Shown: positions 1-10,064 of the stretch, in pieces | Layout: each line of letters begins with the position of its first letter | Position numbering within the stretch: the first letter of the stretch is position 1 | Assembly: GCF_000006765.1 (NCBI RefSeq) | Contig: NC_002516.2 | Length of the DNA: 64,000 bases | Source of the DNA: Pseudomonas aeruginosa PAO1 | Lineage (GTDB): Bacteria > Pseudomonadota > Gammaproteobacteria > Pseudomonadales > Pseudomonadaceae | Reading direction: 5' to 3' (one strand) | Position numbers and translations under genes: made by a program | Notes under the pieces: generated by a model | Seen by the model: only the letters and a program-made list of their open reading frames with translations | What the model was told of the DNA's origin: nothing | Databases searched by the model: none

Positions 1-1
1 C

Positions 2-898
2 GCGGCGTTTTCGCTGCAGGCCCAGCGTGCCGCCGGGCAGTTCCCCGGCTGGCTGGTCAGCGCCCTGGCCCAGGCTGGCACCGAGCCGGAGATGTTCCTC
101 CCCGAATACGGCCAGCGCCAGTACGAGGTCACCTGCCGCCCGGCGCAGGGCGTGGCCGCCGCCGACCGCGCGGTGAACGTCCGCGAGGTCACTCGCGAAG
201 TGGCGCGGCAGATGGGCCTGCGTACCTGCTTCGCACCGCTGCCGGCACCCGGCGCGGTGACCAACGGGGTGCACCTGCACCTGAGCCTGCAACATGCCGA
301 CGGCAGCCCGCTGCTGTACGAGCCCGGTCGACCCAACGATCTCTCCGAACTCGGCGAGCACTGGGCCGCCGGCGTGCTCGCGCACCTGCCAGCGCTGTGC
401 GCGCTGACCGCGCCTACCGCCGCCTCCTACCTGCGCCTGAAACCCCACCACTGGAGCGCCGCCTACGCCTGCCTGGGACTGCGCAACCGCGAAGCGGCGC
501 TGCGCATCTGCCCGGTGGTGAGCGTCGGCGGCAAGCCGCTGGGCAAGCAGTACAACCTGGAATTCCGGCCGATGGACGCCACCACCTGTCCGCACCTGGC
601 GATGGCCGCGGTGCTGATCGCCGGCCGCCTGGGCATCGAACGACGCCTGCCGCTGCGCGCCCTGGCCGATGTCGATCCGCACGGCCTCAGCGACGAAGAG
701 CGCCAGGCCCGCGGCATCCAGGCCCTGCCGGCGACCCTCGGCGATGCGCTCGACTGCCTGCAACGCGACGAGGCGCTCTGTGCCGAGCTGCCAAAGCCGC
801 TGCTGGACACCTACCTCGCCATGAAGCGCCACGAACTGGCGCTGACGGCGGGCCTTTCCGACGACGACCTGTGCCGCCACTATGCCGAGCTCTACTGA
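2..898 (+). CDS. pauA7: Glutamine synthetase-like gamma-glutamyl ligase, 5'-truncated by window edge (PA5508-like)
   Basis: Frame open from base 2; GS catalytic motifs EYGQRQYEV, NGVHLHLSL, NREAALR, NLEFRPMD. Confidence 0.8.
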   Translation, partial: AAFSLQAQRAAGQFPGWLVSALAQAGTEPEMFLPEYGQRQYEVTCRPAQGVAAADRAVNVREVTREVARQMGLRTCFAPLPAPGAVTNGVHLHLSLQHADGSPLLYEPGRPNDLSELGEHWAAGVLAHLPALCALTAPTAASYLRLKPHHWSAAYACLGLRNREAALRICPVVSVGGKPLGKQYNLEFRPMDATTCPHLAMAAVLIAGRLGIERRLPLRALADVDPHGLSDEERQARGIQALPATLGDALDCLQRDEALCAELPKPLLDTYLAMKRHELALTAGLSDDDLCRHYAELY

Positions 899-1634
899 CA
901 ACCCCGAACTCGGCATCTACCAGCTGCCGCCCTACCACCTGCTCAATCCCCAAGGGCGCAGCCCGGTGGTCCTGGTCTGCGAGCATGCCAGCCGGCACAT
1001 TCCGCTGGAGTTGCAGCGCCTCGGCCTGGACCAGGCCGCGGCGGAAGAACACATCGCCTGGGATATCGGCGCCCTGGCGCTGGCCGAAGAGCTTTCCCGG
1101 CGACTCGACGCGCCATTGCTGGCGGCCGGCTACTCGCGTCTGCTGATCGACCTGAACCGACCGCTGGAGGCCCCCGACAGCATTCCGCCACACAGCGAGG
1201 TCTACCCCGTTCCCGGCAACCGCGAGCTGTCCGAGACGGTGCGCCGCTATCGCCAGGATTGCCTGTTCCATCCGTTCCACCAGCGCCTGACGCAACTGCT
1301 CGACGAGCGCCAGGCCGCCGGCGTGCCGACCCGTGTGGTCGGCGTGCACAGTTTTACCCCGGTGTACCACGGCAGACCCCGCCCGCTGGTTGCCGGGGTG
1401 CTTTATCGCAACGCCGGCGCCTACGCCAGGCGCATCCTCGACGGTTTGCGCCGGCACGGCCTGGAAGTCGCCGGCAACCAGCCCTATGCGATCGACCCGG
1501 CGGAAGACACTACCGTTCCGGTGCATGGCGACGCACGCGGTCTGGAAGCGGTGCTGCTGGAGATCCGCAACGATGGATTGCGCACGCCGGATGCGGTGTA
1601 CGCCTGGGCCGAGCGTCTGTATCCCTGGCTCTGA
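882..1634 (+). CDS. N-formylglutamate amidohydrolase family protein
   Basis: Motifs LVCEHAS, HIAWDIGA, YSRLLIDLNR; overlaps upstream stop. Confidence 0.85.
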   Translation: MPSSTDNPELGIYQLPPYHLLNPQGRSPVVLVCEHASRHIPLELQRLGLDQAAAEEHIAWDIGALALAEELSRRLDAPLLAAGYSRLLIDLNRPLEAPDSIPPHSEVYPVPGNRELSETVRRYRQDCLFHPFHQRLTQLLDERQAAGVPTRVVGVHSFTPVYHGRPRPLVAGVLYRNAGAYARRILDGLRRHGLEVAGNQPYAIDPAEDTTVPVHGDARGLEAVLLEIRNDGLRTPDAVYAWAERLYPWL

Positions 1635-1735
1635 TGCGATGACCGGCACCGCCGGTCGCCAATAACGAGAAAGAGGCCCGCTTCGCGTGCGGCGCCGATA
1701 ACGACAATACGCTGCCTTTTCCCGAGGAGCCCGTC

Positions 1736-3085
1736 ATGGCCATCGAACAGTTCGGATACCGGCAACAGCTGCGCCGCAGCCTGTCCCTGAGCGACCTGAT
1801 CATCTACGGGATGATCTTCATGATCCCCATCGCCCCGTTCGGGGTCTACGGCTGGGTCCATGCCGATGCCCACGGCATGGTGCCGATGGCCTACCTGGTG
1901 GGCATGCTGGCGATGCTCTTCACCGCCCTCAGCTACGGAGCCATGGCCAAGGCCTTTCCGATTGCCGGCTCGGTGTATTCCTACGCCCAGCGCGGCATCC
2001 ACCCCCATGTCGGCTTCATCGCCGGCTGGGTGCTGCTGCTCGACTACCTGCTGATCCCGCCGCTGCTCTACGTGTTCAGCGCGCTGGCGCTGAACCACTT
2101 GTTCCCGGCGATCCCCAAGCTGGCCTGGATGCTGCTGTTCCTGGTCTCGGCGACCCTGGTCAACCTGCGCGGCATCACCTTCGCCGCCCGCGCCAACCTG
2201 TTGTTCCTGATCGGAGAGCTGGTGGTGCTGGCGATCTTCCTGGTGGTCGGCTACCAGGCGCTGGAAGGCGGCCTGGGCAACGGCCGGCTGACCCTCGAAC
2301 CGCTGTATCGCCCGGAAGCCTTCGATCTCGGCCTGGTAATGAAGGCCGCCTCGATCGCCGTACTGTCGTTCCTCGGCTTCGACGCCATCTCCACCCTCGC
2401 CGAGGAGGTCAAGGGCGATCCCGCCCGGCAGATCGGCCGCGCCGCGCTGATCGCGCTGTTCATCATGGGCGGCATCTTCATCGCGCAGACCTGGCTGGCC
2501 ACCGACCTCGCCGCCGGGATGAACTTCAAGTCGGCGGACACCGCCTTCTACGAGATCGCCGAAGCGGCCGGTGGCCAGTGGCTGTCGATGCTGACCGCGG
2601 TAGCCACCGCGCTGGCCTGGGGTGTCACGGTGTCGATCACCTCGCAGGCAGCGGTCTCGCGCCTGCTCTACTCGATGGCCCGCGACGGCAGACTGCCGCG
2701 CGCGCTGGCCAGGGTCCATCCGCGCTACCAGACGCCGCACGTCAGCCTGTACCTGGTGGCGGTGCTGTCGCTGGGAATCGGCTGGGCCTTCCTCGACGCA
2801 CCGGACGTGCTCACCTCACTGGTGAACTTCGGTGCCCTCACCGGCTTCTGCCTGCTGCACCTGAGCGTGATCAACCACTACTACCGCCGCCAGCGCTCCG
2901 GCCAGTGGTTGCGGCATCTACTGTTCCCGCTGGTGGGCCTGGCGATCATCGCCTACGTGCTGTACAGCATGAGCCTCGACGCACAGTTGCTCGGACTGGC
3001 CTGGATCGCGGTGGGGCTGGTCTACCTGGCGTTGCTGCAACGCGGCGGGCGCCAGGCGCCAACGGAGTTGGCGAAGGATCTCTGA
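1736..3085 (+). CDS. APC-family amino acid/polyamine permease
   Basis: About 12 hydrophobic segments; GSVYSY, SFLGFDAISTLAEE; GAGGAG RBS. Confidence 0.9.
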   Translation: MAIEQFGYRQQLRRSLSLSDLIIYGMIFMIPIAPFGVYGWVHADAHGMVPMAYLVGMLAMLFTALSYGAMAKAFPIAGSVYSYAQRGIHPHVGFIAGWVLLLDYLLIPPLLYVFSALALNHLFPAIPKLAWMLLFLVSATLVNLRGITFAARANLLFLIGELVVLAIFLVVGYQALEGGLGNGRLTLEPLYRPEAFDLGLVMKAASIAVLSFLGFDAISTLAEEVKGDPARQIGRAALIALFIMGGIFIAQTWLATDLAAGMNFKSADTAFYEIAEAAGGQWLSMLTAVATALAWGVTVSITSQAAVSRLLYSMARDGRLPRALARVHPRYQTPHVSLYLVAVLSLGIGWAFLDAPDVLTSLVNFGALTGFCLLHLSVINHYYRRQRSGQWLRHLLFPLVGLAIIAYVLYSMSLDAQLLGLAWIAVGLVYLALLQRGGRQAPTELAKDL

Positions 3086-3103
3086 CGCCTCGCGAGGGCT
3101 GCT

Positions 3104-4447
3104 TCAGGCCGGCTCTTCGCCGACGAAATCGCTGCGGCTGAGGCCATGCCGCAGCATCTTTTCGTTGAGTGTCCGGCGCGGCAGTTGCAGCAACTCCATC
3201 ACCGCCTTGATATCCCCGCGGCACTGGCCGAGCGCCTGGCGCAGGCACTCCGCCTCGAAGGCTTCCATGCGTTCCGCCAGCCCCGAGGTGAGGCCGCCGC
3301 CTTCCTCCGCGTCCCCACGCTCCAGGCCGAGGACATGGCGCTCGGCGGCGTTGGCCAGCTCGCGTACATTGCCCGGCCAGTCGTGGGCCATCAGCCGCGC
3401 CAGTTCCGCCGGCGCGGCGGGCTGCGGCTCGCGGCCGAGGCGCTGGCTGGCAACGCTGGCGAAATGTTCGAAGAGCAGCGGGATGTCCTCGCGACGCTCG
3501 CGGATCGGCGGCAGGCGCAGCTCGGCGACGTTCAGGCGATACACCAGGTCCTCGCGGAAGCGTCCGGCACGTGCTTCGGCCAGCAGGTCGGGCTTGGTCG
3601 CGGCAATCACCCGCAGGTCGACGTGGATACTCTGGTTCGAGCCAAGCCGCTCCAGTTGCTGCTCCTGCAGGACGCGCAGCAGCTTGACCTGCTGCGCCAA
3701 CGGCATGCTTTCGATCTCGTCGAGGAACAGGGTGCCGCCATGGGCATGCTCGAGCTTGCCGATGCGCTTGCCCTGCGCGCCGGTGAACGCACCGCTCTCA
3801 TGACCGAACAGCTCGCTCTCGAACAATTGCTCGGGAATCGCCGCGCAGTTCAGCGCCACGAACGGCTTGTCGGCGCGCGGCCCGAAGTCGTGCAGGCAGC
3901 GGGCAACCAGTTCCTTGCCGCTGCCGGTCTCGCCACGGATCAGGACGTTCACCGGGGTCGGCGCCAGGGCCAGAACCTGCCGGCGCAACGCTTCCATCGG
4001 CTTGGACACGCCGAGCAGACGCGCATCGACCTGGTCCTTGAGACTGGCCTGCTCCTTCAGGCGCCGGTTCTCCAGCACCAGGCGGCGCTTTTCCAGCGCG
4101 CGCCGCAAACTGCCGAGCAGGCGCTCGGGCGTGAAGGGTTTCTCGATGAAGTCGTAGGCACCCTGGCGCATGGCCTCCACCGCCATCGGCACGTCGCCGT
4201 GCCCGGTGACCATGATCACCGGCAGGTCGCGATCGACCGCCTGCAGGTTGGCGAGCAGTTGCAGGCCGTCCATGCCGGGCATGCGCACATCGCTGATGAC
4301 CACCCCGGCGAAGGACTTGTCCAACGCTCCCAGGCATTCCTCGGCGCGCAGGCACAGGCGCACCTCGAAGCCGGACAGCTCCAGCCATTGCTGCACCGCT
4401 TCGCGGATCGTCGCTTCGTCGTCGACGAAGATCACCTGGTCGCTCAT
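3104..4447 (-). CDS. mifR: Sigma54-dependent response regulator (DctD/NtrC family)
   Basis: Receiver DVRMPGMDG, Walker [15 protein letters not shown] loop, C-terminal HTH. Confidence 0.9.
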   Translation of the reverse strand: MSDQVIFVDDEATIREAVQQWLELSGFEVRLCLRAEECLGALDKSFAGVVISDVRMPGMDGLQLLANLQAVDRDLPVIMVTGHGDVPMAVEAMRQGAYDFIEKPFTPERLLGSLRRALEKRRLVLENRRLKEQASLKDQVDARLLGVSKPMEALRRQVLALAPTPVNVLIRGETGSGKELVARCLHDFGPRADKPFVALNCAAIPEQLFESELFGHESGAFTGAQGKRIGKLEHAHGGTLFLDEIESMPLAQQVKLLRVLQEQQLERLGSNQSIHVDLRVIAATKPDLLAEARAGRFREDLVYRLNVAELRLPPIRERREDIPLLFEHFASVASQRLGREPQPAAPAELARLMAHDWPGNVRELANAAERHVLGLERGDAEEGGGLTSGLAERMEAFEAECLRQALGQCRGDIKAVMELLQLPRRTLNEKMLRHGLSRSDFVGEEPA

Positions 4448-6210
4448 GTCGTTACGCTCGTGTCATCGGGGGCCGCCGGCAGGATCAGGCTGAACACCGC
4501 TCCCGCCTCGGCATTGGCGACCTGCAGGCGGCCGCCGAGTTCGTGGACGATCCCATAGGATACCGCCAGGCCGAGGCCGAGTCCCTCTCCCACCGGCTTG
4601 GTGGTGAAGAACGGATCGAAGACGCTGCCCAGGTGCTCGGCGGGAATCCCGCCGCCGTTGTCGGCGACGCTCAGCACCCAGTCGCCGCCAAGCCGTTGCA
4701 GGGCCAGGCGGATCCATGGCCGCTCCTGGCCGGCAACGGCATCCAGCGCGTTGCGCAGCAGGTTGACCAGCACCTGTTCCAGGCGGATCGCGTCACCCAT
4801 CACCCAGGCCGGCCAGAGCAGCGCCTGCTCGATCTCCACCCGTTCGGCGCGGATTCGCGGCAGCAACAACTGCTGCGCCTGTTCGACCACGTGACCCAAC
4901 TCGATACGCTCGCGCAGGCCGCCGGCGCTCTTGCGCGCGAAGGTCTTCAGGTGGCCGGTGAGCGCGGCCATGCGTTCGAGCATCTGGTCGATGCGCGGCA
5001 ACGCCTGGCGCGCCTCGTCGTGGCGTCCGGCGTCGAGCAGCAGGCGCAGGCTGGCCAGTTGCATGCGCTGGGCGGTGAGCGGCTGGTTGATCTCATGGGC
5101 CAGGGCTGCCGACATCTGCCCCAGGGCGGCCAGCTTGGCCGCCTGCACCAGGCCGTCCTGCGCGGTACGCAGGTCGGCGGTGCGCTGCTCGACCAGGCGC
5201 TCCAGCTCCTCCCGGCTACGTTGCCGCAGGCGGGCGATACGCCAGCGCTGGTGCAGGAACAAGCCGAGGAAGACCAGCGCCAGCCAGGTGCCGGCGGCGG
5301 CCAGGCGCGCGGTGGCGACGTCGTCCTGGATGCTCGCGGTGTCGCGCAGCAAGTGGAGGGTCCAGCCGTCGTTGGGCAGGTCCAGCGATTGCCAGAGGTA
5401 GTCCTTCTCGCCGTCGGCGCTTTCCACCCGCGCCAGACGGCGGTCTTCGCCGTAGCTGCGCAAGGTCTGGTGGCGCAGGGGTGTCAGGGGCTGGCGATCG
5501 TATTGCCGGGTCTCCGCCAGTTCGAAGCGGTCCACGGTATCCAGCGGTTCCAGTTCGCGGTAGCGCCAACCGGCGTGGTTGGCGAGGAACACGATGCCCT
5601 TGGCGTCGCTGGCCAGGACCAGGTCGGGGGTCTGGTTCCACTGCCGTTCCAGATCGGGAAACTCCAGCTTGACCACGATTGCGCCCAGGAAGCTGCCGTC
5701 CTCGGCGCGCACCGCGTGGGACAGGAAATAACCGGGAATCCCGCTGATCACCCCGACCGCATAGAAACGTCCGGAGCCTTGGGCGATGGTCTGGCGGAAA
5801 TAGGGACGGAAACCGTAGTTGTGGCCCACGTAGCTGGTCGGCAGGTTCCAGTTGCTCGCCGCCACGGCCAGCCCGGTACGGTCGAGCAGCTCCAGGGTGG
5901 AGGAGCGGGCGGCCAGGTTGATGCTTTCCAGCTTGAGGTTGAGGCGCTGCTGCAACTCGCCGTCGATCGGCCCGGCCAGCGCCGCGCGCAGGTCCGGATC
6001 CAGCGCCAGTACCGCCGGCAGGCTGCGGAAGCGTTCGATCAGGGTCTGCAGCGAGCCGGCGTAGAGGTCCAGCTGCTTGCGCACCTGTTCGCCCTCGGCG
6101 CGTAGCGCCTGCTGCCGCGCCTGGCGACCCGCCCAGTCCATGGACAGCAGCAGGCCGCCGAGCAGCGGCAGCAACAGCAGGAACAGGCGCAGCGGACGGG
6201 ACAAGGACAT
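4444..6210 (-). CDS. mifS: DctB-type sensor histidine kinase
   Basis: Two TM segments around a periplasmic domain; H-box [23 protein letters not shown]; 4-bp overlap with mifR. Confidence 0.9.
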   Translation of the reverse strand: MSLSRPLRLFLLLLPLLGGLLLSMDWAGRQARQQALRAEGEQVRKQLDLYAGSLQTLIERFRSLPAVLALDPDLRAALAGPIDGELQQRLNLKLESINLAARSSTLELLDRTGLAVAASNWNLPTSYVGHNYGFRPYFRQTIAQGSGRFYAVGVISGIPGYFLSHAVRAEDGSFLGAIVVKLEFPDLERQWNQTPDLVLASDAKGIVFLANHAGWRYRELEPLDTVDRFELAETRQYDRQPLTPLRHQTLRSYGEDRRLARVESADGEKDYLWQSLDLPNDGWTLHLLRDTASIQDDVATARLAAAGTWLALVFLGLFLHQRWRIARLRQRSREELERLVEQRTADLRTAQDGLVQAAKLAALGQMSAALAHEINQPLTAQRMQLASLRLLLDAGRHDEARQALPRIDQMLERMAALTGHLKTFARKSAGGLRERIELGHVVEQAQQLLLPRIRAERVEIEQALLWPAWVMGDAIRLEQVLVNLLRNALDAVAGQERPWIRLALQRLGGDWVLSVADNGGGIPAEHLGSVFDPFFTTKPVGEGLGLGLAVSYGIVHELGGRLQVANAEAGAVFSLILPAAPDDTSVTT

Positions 6211-6291
6211 CGGCGGATCGAAACGGCGGCGGGAAGCGGCGACGATAGCACGGCGCCCGGTTACACTGCGCGCCGTACGAGGAGTCCGCCC

Positions 6292-7170
6292 ATGTCGCTA
6301 TCCCCCTGGTTCCATTCCTGCTCGGCCGGTTTCACCCTGCGCGGCTGGCGCAGCGAACCGAGCGGCAAGCCGTTGCTGCATTTCCTCCATGGCAACGGCT
6401 TCTGCGGCCGCACCTACGAACCGATGCTGCGTCTGTTGGCGGAGGATTTCGACCTCTGGCTGTGCGACATCCAGGGCCACGGCGAAAGCGACCACGGCGG
6501 CCGCTTCCACGGCTGGAACCGCAACGCCGAGATGGCGGTGGAGGCCTTCGAGGCCGGGCGCGGTCCCTATGGAGATGTCCAGCGACTGGCCTGCGGGCAC
6601 AGCTTCGGCGGCGTCCTCAGCAGCCTCGTCCTGGCCCGCCATCCCACCCTGTTCGCCCGCGCCGTGCTGCTCGACCCGGTACTGTTCACCCCGGCGATGA
6701 TCGGCGTGATGGCACTTTCCGAGACCCTCGGCCTGCAATTGCGCGGCAGCCTGGCGAAGAAGGCGCGCCTGCGCCGCAGCCAGTGGCCCGATCGCGCAGC
6801 CGCCTACGCCGGCTTGCGCGGCCGCGGTATCTTCAAGGGCTGGACCGACGAGGCGCTGTGGGCCTACGTGGAATATGCGCTGAAGGAGAGCGACGGCGGA
6901 GTCGAGCTGAAGTGCCGGCCAAGCCGCGAAGCGGAGATCTTCAGCTCCTTCCCCAGGCGGCTGTGGCCGTCGCTGGGCAAGATCACCACGCCGACCCGCG
7001 TGCTCTACGGTGACCGCACCTACCCTTTCGTCGCCAAGTCAGTGGCGCGCTGGTGCTCGCTCAACCCCCAGGTCAGCGCCCACGTGGTGGTCGGCGGCCA
7101 CTGCTTCATGCAGGAAGACCCGGCCGATGCCGCCGAACGCGTACGCGACTTTCTCCTGCCCAATCCATGA
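6292..7170 (+). CDS. poxA: Alpha/beta-fold hydrolase
   Basis: HGNG oxyanion motif, GHSFGG nucleophile elbow; directly upstream of OXA gene. Confidence 0.85.
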   Translation: MSLSPWFHSCSAGFTLRGWRSEPSGKPLLHFLHGNGFCGRTYEPMLRLLAEDFDLWLCDIQGHGESDHGGRFHGWNRNAEMAVEAFEAGRGPYGDVQRLACGHSFGGVLSSLVLARHPTLFARAVLLDPVLFTPAMIGVMALSETLGLQLRGSLAKKARLRRSQWPDRAAAYAGLRGRGIFKGWTDEALWAYVEYALKESDGGVELKCRPSREAEIFSSFPRRLWPSLGKITTPTRVLYGDRTYPFVAKSVARWCSLNPQVSAHVVVGGHCFMQEDPADAAERVRDFLLPNP

Positions 7171-7240
7171 ACGCTCCTTCCGTGGGGAATCCGGCGCTCA
7201 TCCATCGGTCCCAGGGAGGATGACCCCACAGGACCGAGCC

Positions 7241-8029
7241 ATGCGCCCTCTCCTCTTCAGTGCCCTTCTCCTGCTTTCCGGGCATACCCAGGCCAGCGAA
7301 TGGAACGACAGCCAGGCCGTGGACAAGCTATTCGGCGCGGCCGGGGTGAAAGGCACCTTCGTCCTCTACGATGTGCAGCGGCAGCGCTATGTCGGCCATG
7401 ACCGGGAGCGCGCGGAAACCCGCTTCGTTCCCGCTTCCACCTACAAGGTGGCGAACAGCCTGATCGGCTTATCCACAGGGGCGGTTAGATCCGCCGACGA
7501 GGTTCTTCCCTATGGCGGCAAGCCCCAGCGCTTCAAGGCCTGGGAGCACGACATGAGCCTGCGCGACGCGATCAAGGCATCGAACGTACCGGTCTACCAG
7601 GAACTGGCGCGGCGCATCGGCCTGGAGCGGATGCGCGCCAATGTCTCGCGCCTGGGTTACGGCAACGCGGAAATCGGCCAGGTTGTGGATAACTTCTGGT
7701 TGGTGGGACCGCTGAAGATCAGCGCGATGGAACAGACCCGCTTTCTGCTCCGACTGGCGCAGGGAGAATTGCCATTCCCCGCCCCGGTGCAGTCCACCGT
7801 GCGCGCCATGACCCTGCTGGAAAGCGGCCCGGGCTGGGAGCTGCACGGCAAGACCGGCTGGTGCTTCGACTGCACGCCGGAACTCGGCTGGTGGGTGGGC
7901 TGGGTGAAGCGCAACGAGCGGCTCTACGGCTTCGCCCTGAACATCGACATGCCCGGCGGCGAGGCCGACATCGGCAAGCGCGTCGAACTGGGCAAGGCCA
8001 GTCTCAAGGCTCTCGGGATACTGCCCTGA
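7241..8029 (+). CDS. poxB: Class D beta-lactamase, OXA-50 family
   Basis: STYK, SNV, KTG motifs; signal peptide MRPLLFSALLLL; 262 aa from ATG 7241. Confidence 0.97.
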   Translation: MRPLLFSALLLLSGHTQASEWNDSQAVDKLFGAAGVKGTFVLYDVQRQRYVGHDRERAETRFVPASTYKVANSLIGLSTGAVRSADEVLPYGGKPQRFKAWEHDMSLRDAIKASNVPVYQELARRIGLERMRANVSRLGYGNAEIGQVVDNFWLVGPLKISAMEQTRFLLRLAQGELPFPAPVQSTVRAMTLLESGPGWELHGKTGWCFDCTPELGWWVGWVKRNERLYGFALNIDMPGGEADIGKRVELGKASLKALGILP

Positions 8030-8041
8030 CGCTCTGCCGCC

Positions 8042-8449
8042 TCAGTCGCCGACCTTTTTCTGCCGGGACTGCCGCCACTCGTCGAGGCGAATCACCTCGG
8101 CGCTATGCACCGGCGGGTTGTCGACCTCGGCGGCCGCCTCGAAGCGATGCGGGGCCAATTCGATGGCGCCGAGGTGGTAGCCATACATGACGATGCGCCC
8201 GGCGTAGCGTTCCTCGCCGCTGACGGTGAATTCGAAACCGAACTCGCGGCTCAGCCGCCACTGACCACGGTGGTCACGGGCCAGGCGCAGGCGCCGGCGC
8301 GCGACATTCTCGTCGAGCAGTTCCACGCCCTGCTTGGCGCAATGCCGCTTGGCCAGCAGCAACGCCCGCTCGCGCACGCCATGGGCGCGCCACCACCAGG
8401 CTGCGGCGGCGCCCAACAGGAGCATGACGAAAAGGTTACCCAGGGTCAC
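8042..8449 (-). CDS. DUF3301-like membrane-anchored protein
   Basis: N-terminal TM helix, then RERAL...C...GVELLDENV and FEFTVSGEERY; GTG start inferred. Confidence 0.7.
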   Translation of the reverse strand: MTLGNLFVMLLLGAAAAWWWRAHGVRERALLLAKRHCAKQGVELLDENVARRRLRLARDHRGQWRLSREFGFEFTVSGEERYAGRIVMYGYHLGAIELAPHRFEAAAEVDNPPVHSAEVIRLDEWRQSRQKKVGD

Positions 8450-8574
8450 GAGCGGAATCCGGTGTAGGGGGACGGCCAGCTTACCCGTTCTCCCGGCAGG
8501 CAGCGAGTGGGGGGTGTTTTCGCCATGTGAATTAGCCCCCATACTGCGCCGACTCAGCTGTAGGAAGTCGTCTC

Positions 8575-9441
8575 ATGCCACGTACGCCCCACCTGCTCGC
8601 CATCCAGTCCCATGTGGTCTTCGGCCACGCCGGCAATGCCGCGGCGGTGTTCCCGATGCAGCGCATCGGAATCAACGTCTGGCCGTTGAACACGGTGCAA
8701 TTCTCCAACCACACCCAGTACGGTCGATGGACCGGGCAGGTGCTGCCGCCGGAGCAGATTCCGGCGCTGGTGGACGGTATTGCCGGCATCGGCGAACTGG
8801 GCAACTGCGACGCGGTGCTGTCCGGCTATCTCGGCAGCGCCGCCCAGGGCCGCGCCATTCTCGATGTGGTGGCACGGATCAAACAGGCCAACCCTCGGGC
8901 GTTGTACCTCTGCGACCCGGTCATGGGCCACCCGGAAAAAGGCTGCATCGTGGCCCCGGAGGTCAGCGACTTCCTTCTGGAAGAAGCCGCCGCGGTCGCC
9001 GACTACCTGTGCCCCAACCAGTTGGAGCTGGACAGCTTCTGCGACCGCCAGCCGAACTCCCTCGCCGACTGCGTGGAAATGGCACGGAGCCTGCTGGCAC
9101 GCGGTCCCAGGGCAATCCTGGTAAAGCACCTGAACTATCCGGGCAAGGCCGGCGACACCTTCGAGATGCTGCTGGTGGCCGCCGATCAGGCCTGGCACCT
9201 GCAACGCCCGCTGCTGGCCTTCCCGCGGCAACCGGTCGGAGTCGGCGACCTGGCCTCGGGGCTGTTCCTCTCTCGCCTGCTGCTCGGCGACGACCTGCGT
9301 AACGCCTTCGAATTCACCGGCGCCGCGGTCCATGAAGTGCTGCTGGAAACCCAGGCCTGCGGCAGCTACGAGCTGGAACTGGTGCGGGCGCAGGATCGGA
9401 TCGCACACCCAAGGGTTCGTTTCGACGCAGTGCGCCTTTAG
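8575..9441 (+). CDS. pdxY: Pyridoxal kinase
   Basis: [20 protein letters not shown] ribokinase-family motifs. Confidence 0.95.
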
Positions 9442-9478
9442 TCTCCGCCCCTGTGGGTGAAAATCATCCACAGGCGGC

Positions 9479-10063
9479 TCAAAGAACGTATTTCCCCAAC
9501 ATCAACCCACCGACCACCATCACCGCCATCAGCACGAAAGCCATGCCCAGACGCCGCTCTATCAGGGTCTTCAGGCGTGGGCCAGCCCAGAACAGCAAAG
9601 CGCAGGTAGCGGCGAAGCGCAGGCTGCGGGCGACAAGGCTGAGGCCGACGAACAGCCAGAGGTCGAGCTGGGTCACTCCGCTGGTAATGGTGATCACCTT
9701 GTACGGCAGCGGCGTGAAGCCGCCGCCCAGCAGCACCATCAGCCAGCCCAGTTCGTTGTAGCGTTCGGCGACCTGTTCGAAGTTCTCCAGCAAGCCGTAG
9801 AACGCCAGGATCGGCATGGCCACGCTCTCGAACAGCAGCAAGCCGATGAAATAGCCGGCGATGCCGCCCAGCACCGAGCTGATCGCGCAGATCGCCGCGT
9901 AGCGCCAGGCCTTGGCCCGGTTGGCCAGGACCATCGGCACCAGCAAGGCGTCCGGCGGAATCGGGAAGAACGAGCTTTCGGCAAAGGTCACCCCGCCCAG
10001 GGCCAGCTCCGCGCGGGGATGGCCGGCCAGGCGCAGGGTCCAGTCGTAGAGACGGCGCAACAT
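9479..10063 (-). CDS. YqaA/DedA family membrane protein
   Basis: ESSFFPIPPD and FTPLPYKV motifs; start MLRRLYD. Confidence 0.88.
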   Translation of the reverse strand: MLRRLYDWTLRLAGHPRAELALGGVTFAESSFFPIPPDALLVPMVLANRAKAWRYAAICAISSVLGGIAGYFIGLLLFESVAMPILAFYGLLENFEQVAERYNELGWLMVLLGGGFTPLPYKVITITSGVTQLDLWLFVGLSLVARSLRFAATCALLFWAGPRLKTLIERRLGMAFVLMAVMVVGGLMLGKYVL

Positions 10064-10064
10064 G

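Noticed and set aside
7010-7240. N-terminally extended OXA ORF (339 aa in the ORF track)
   Set aside because: The extension overlaps poxA; the signal peptide begins at ATG 7241.
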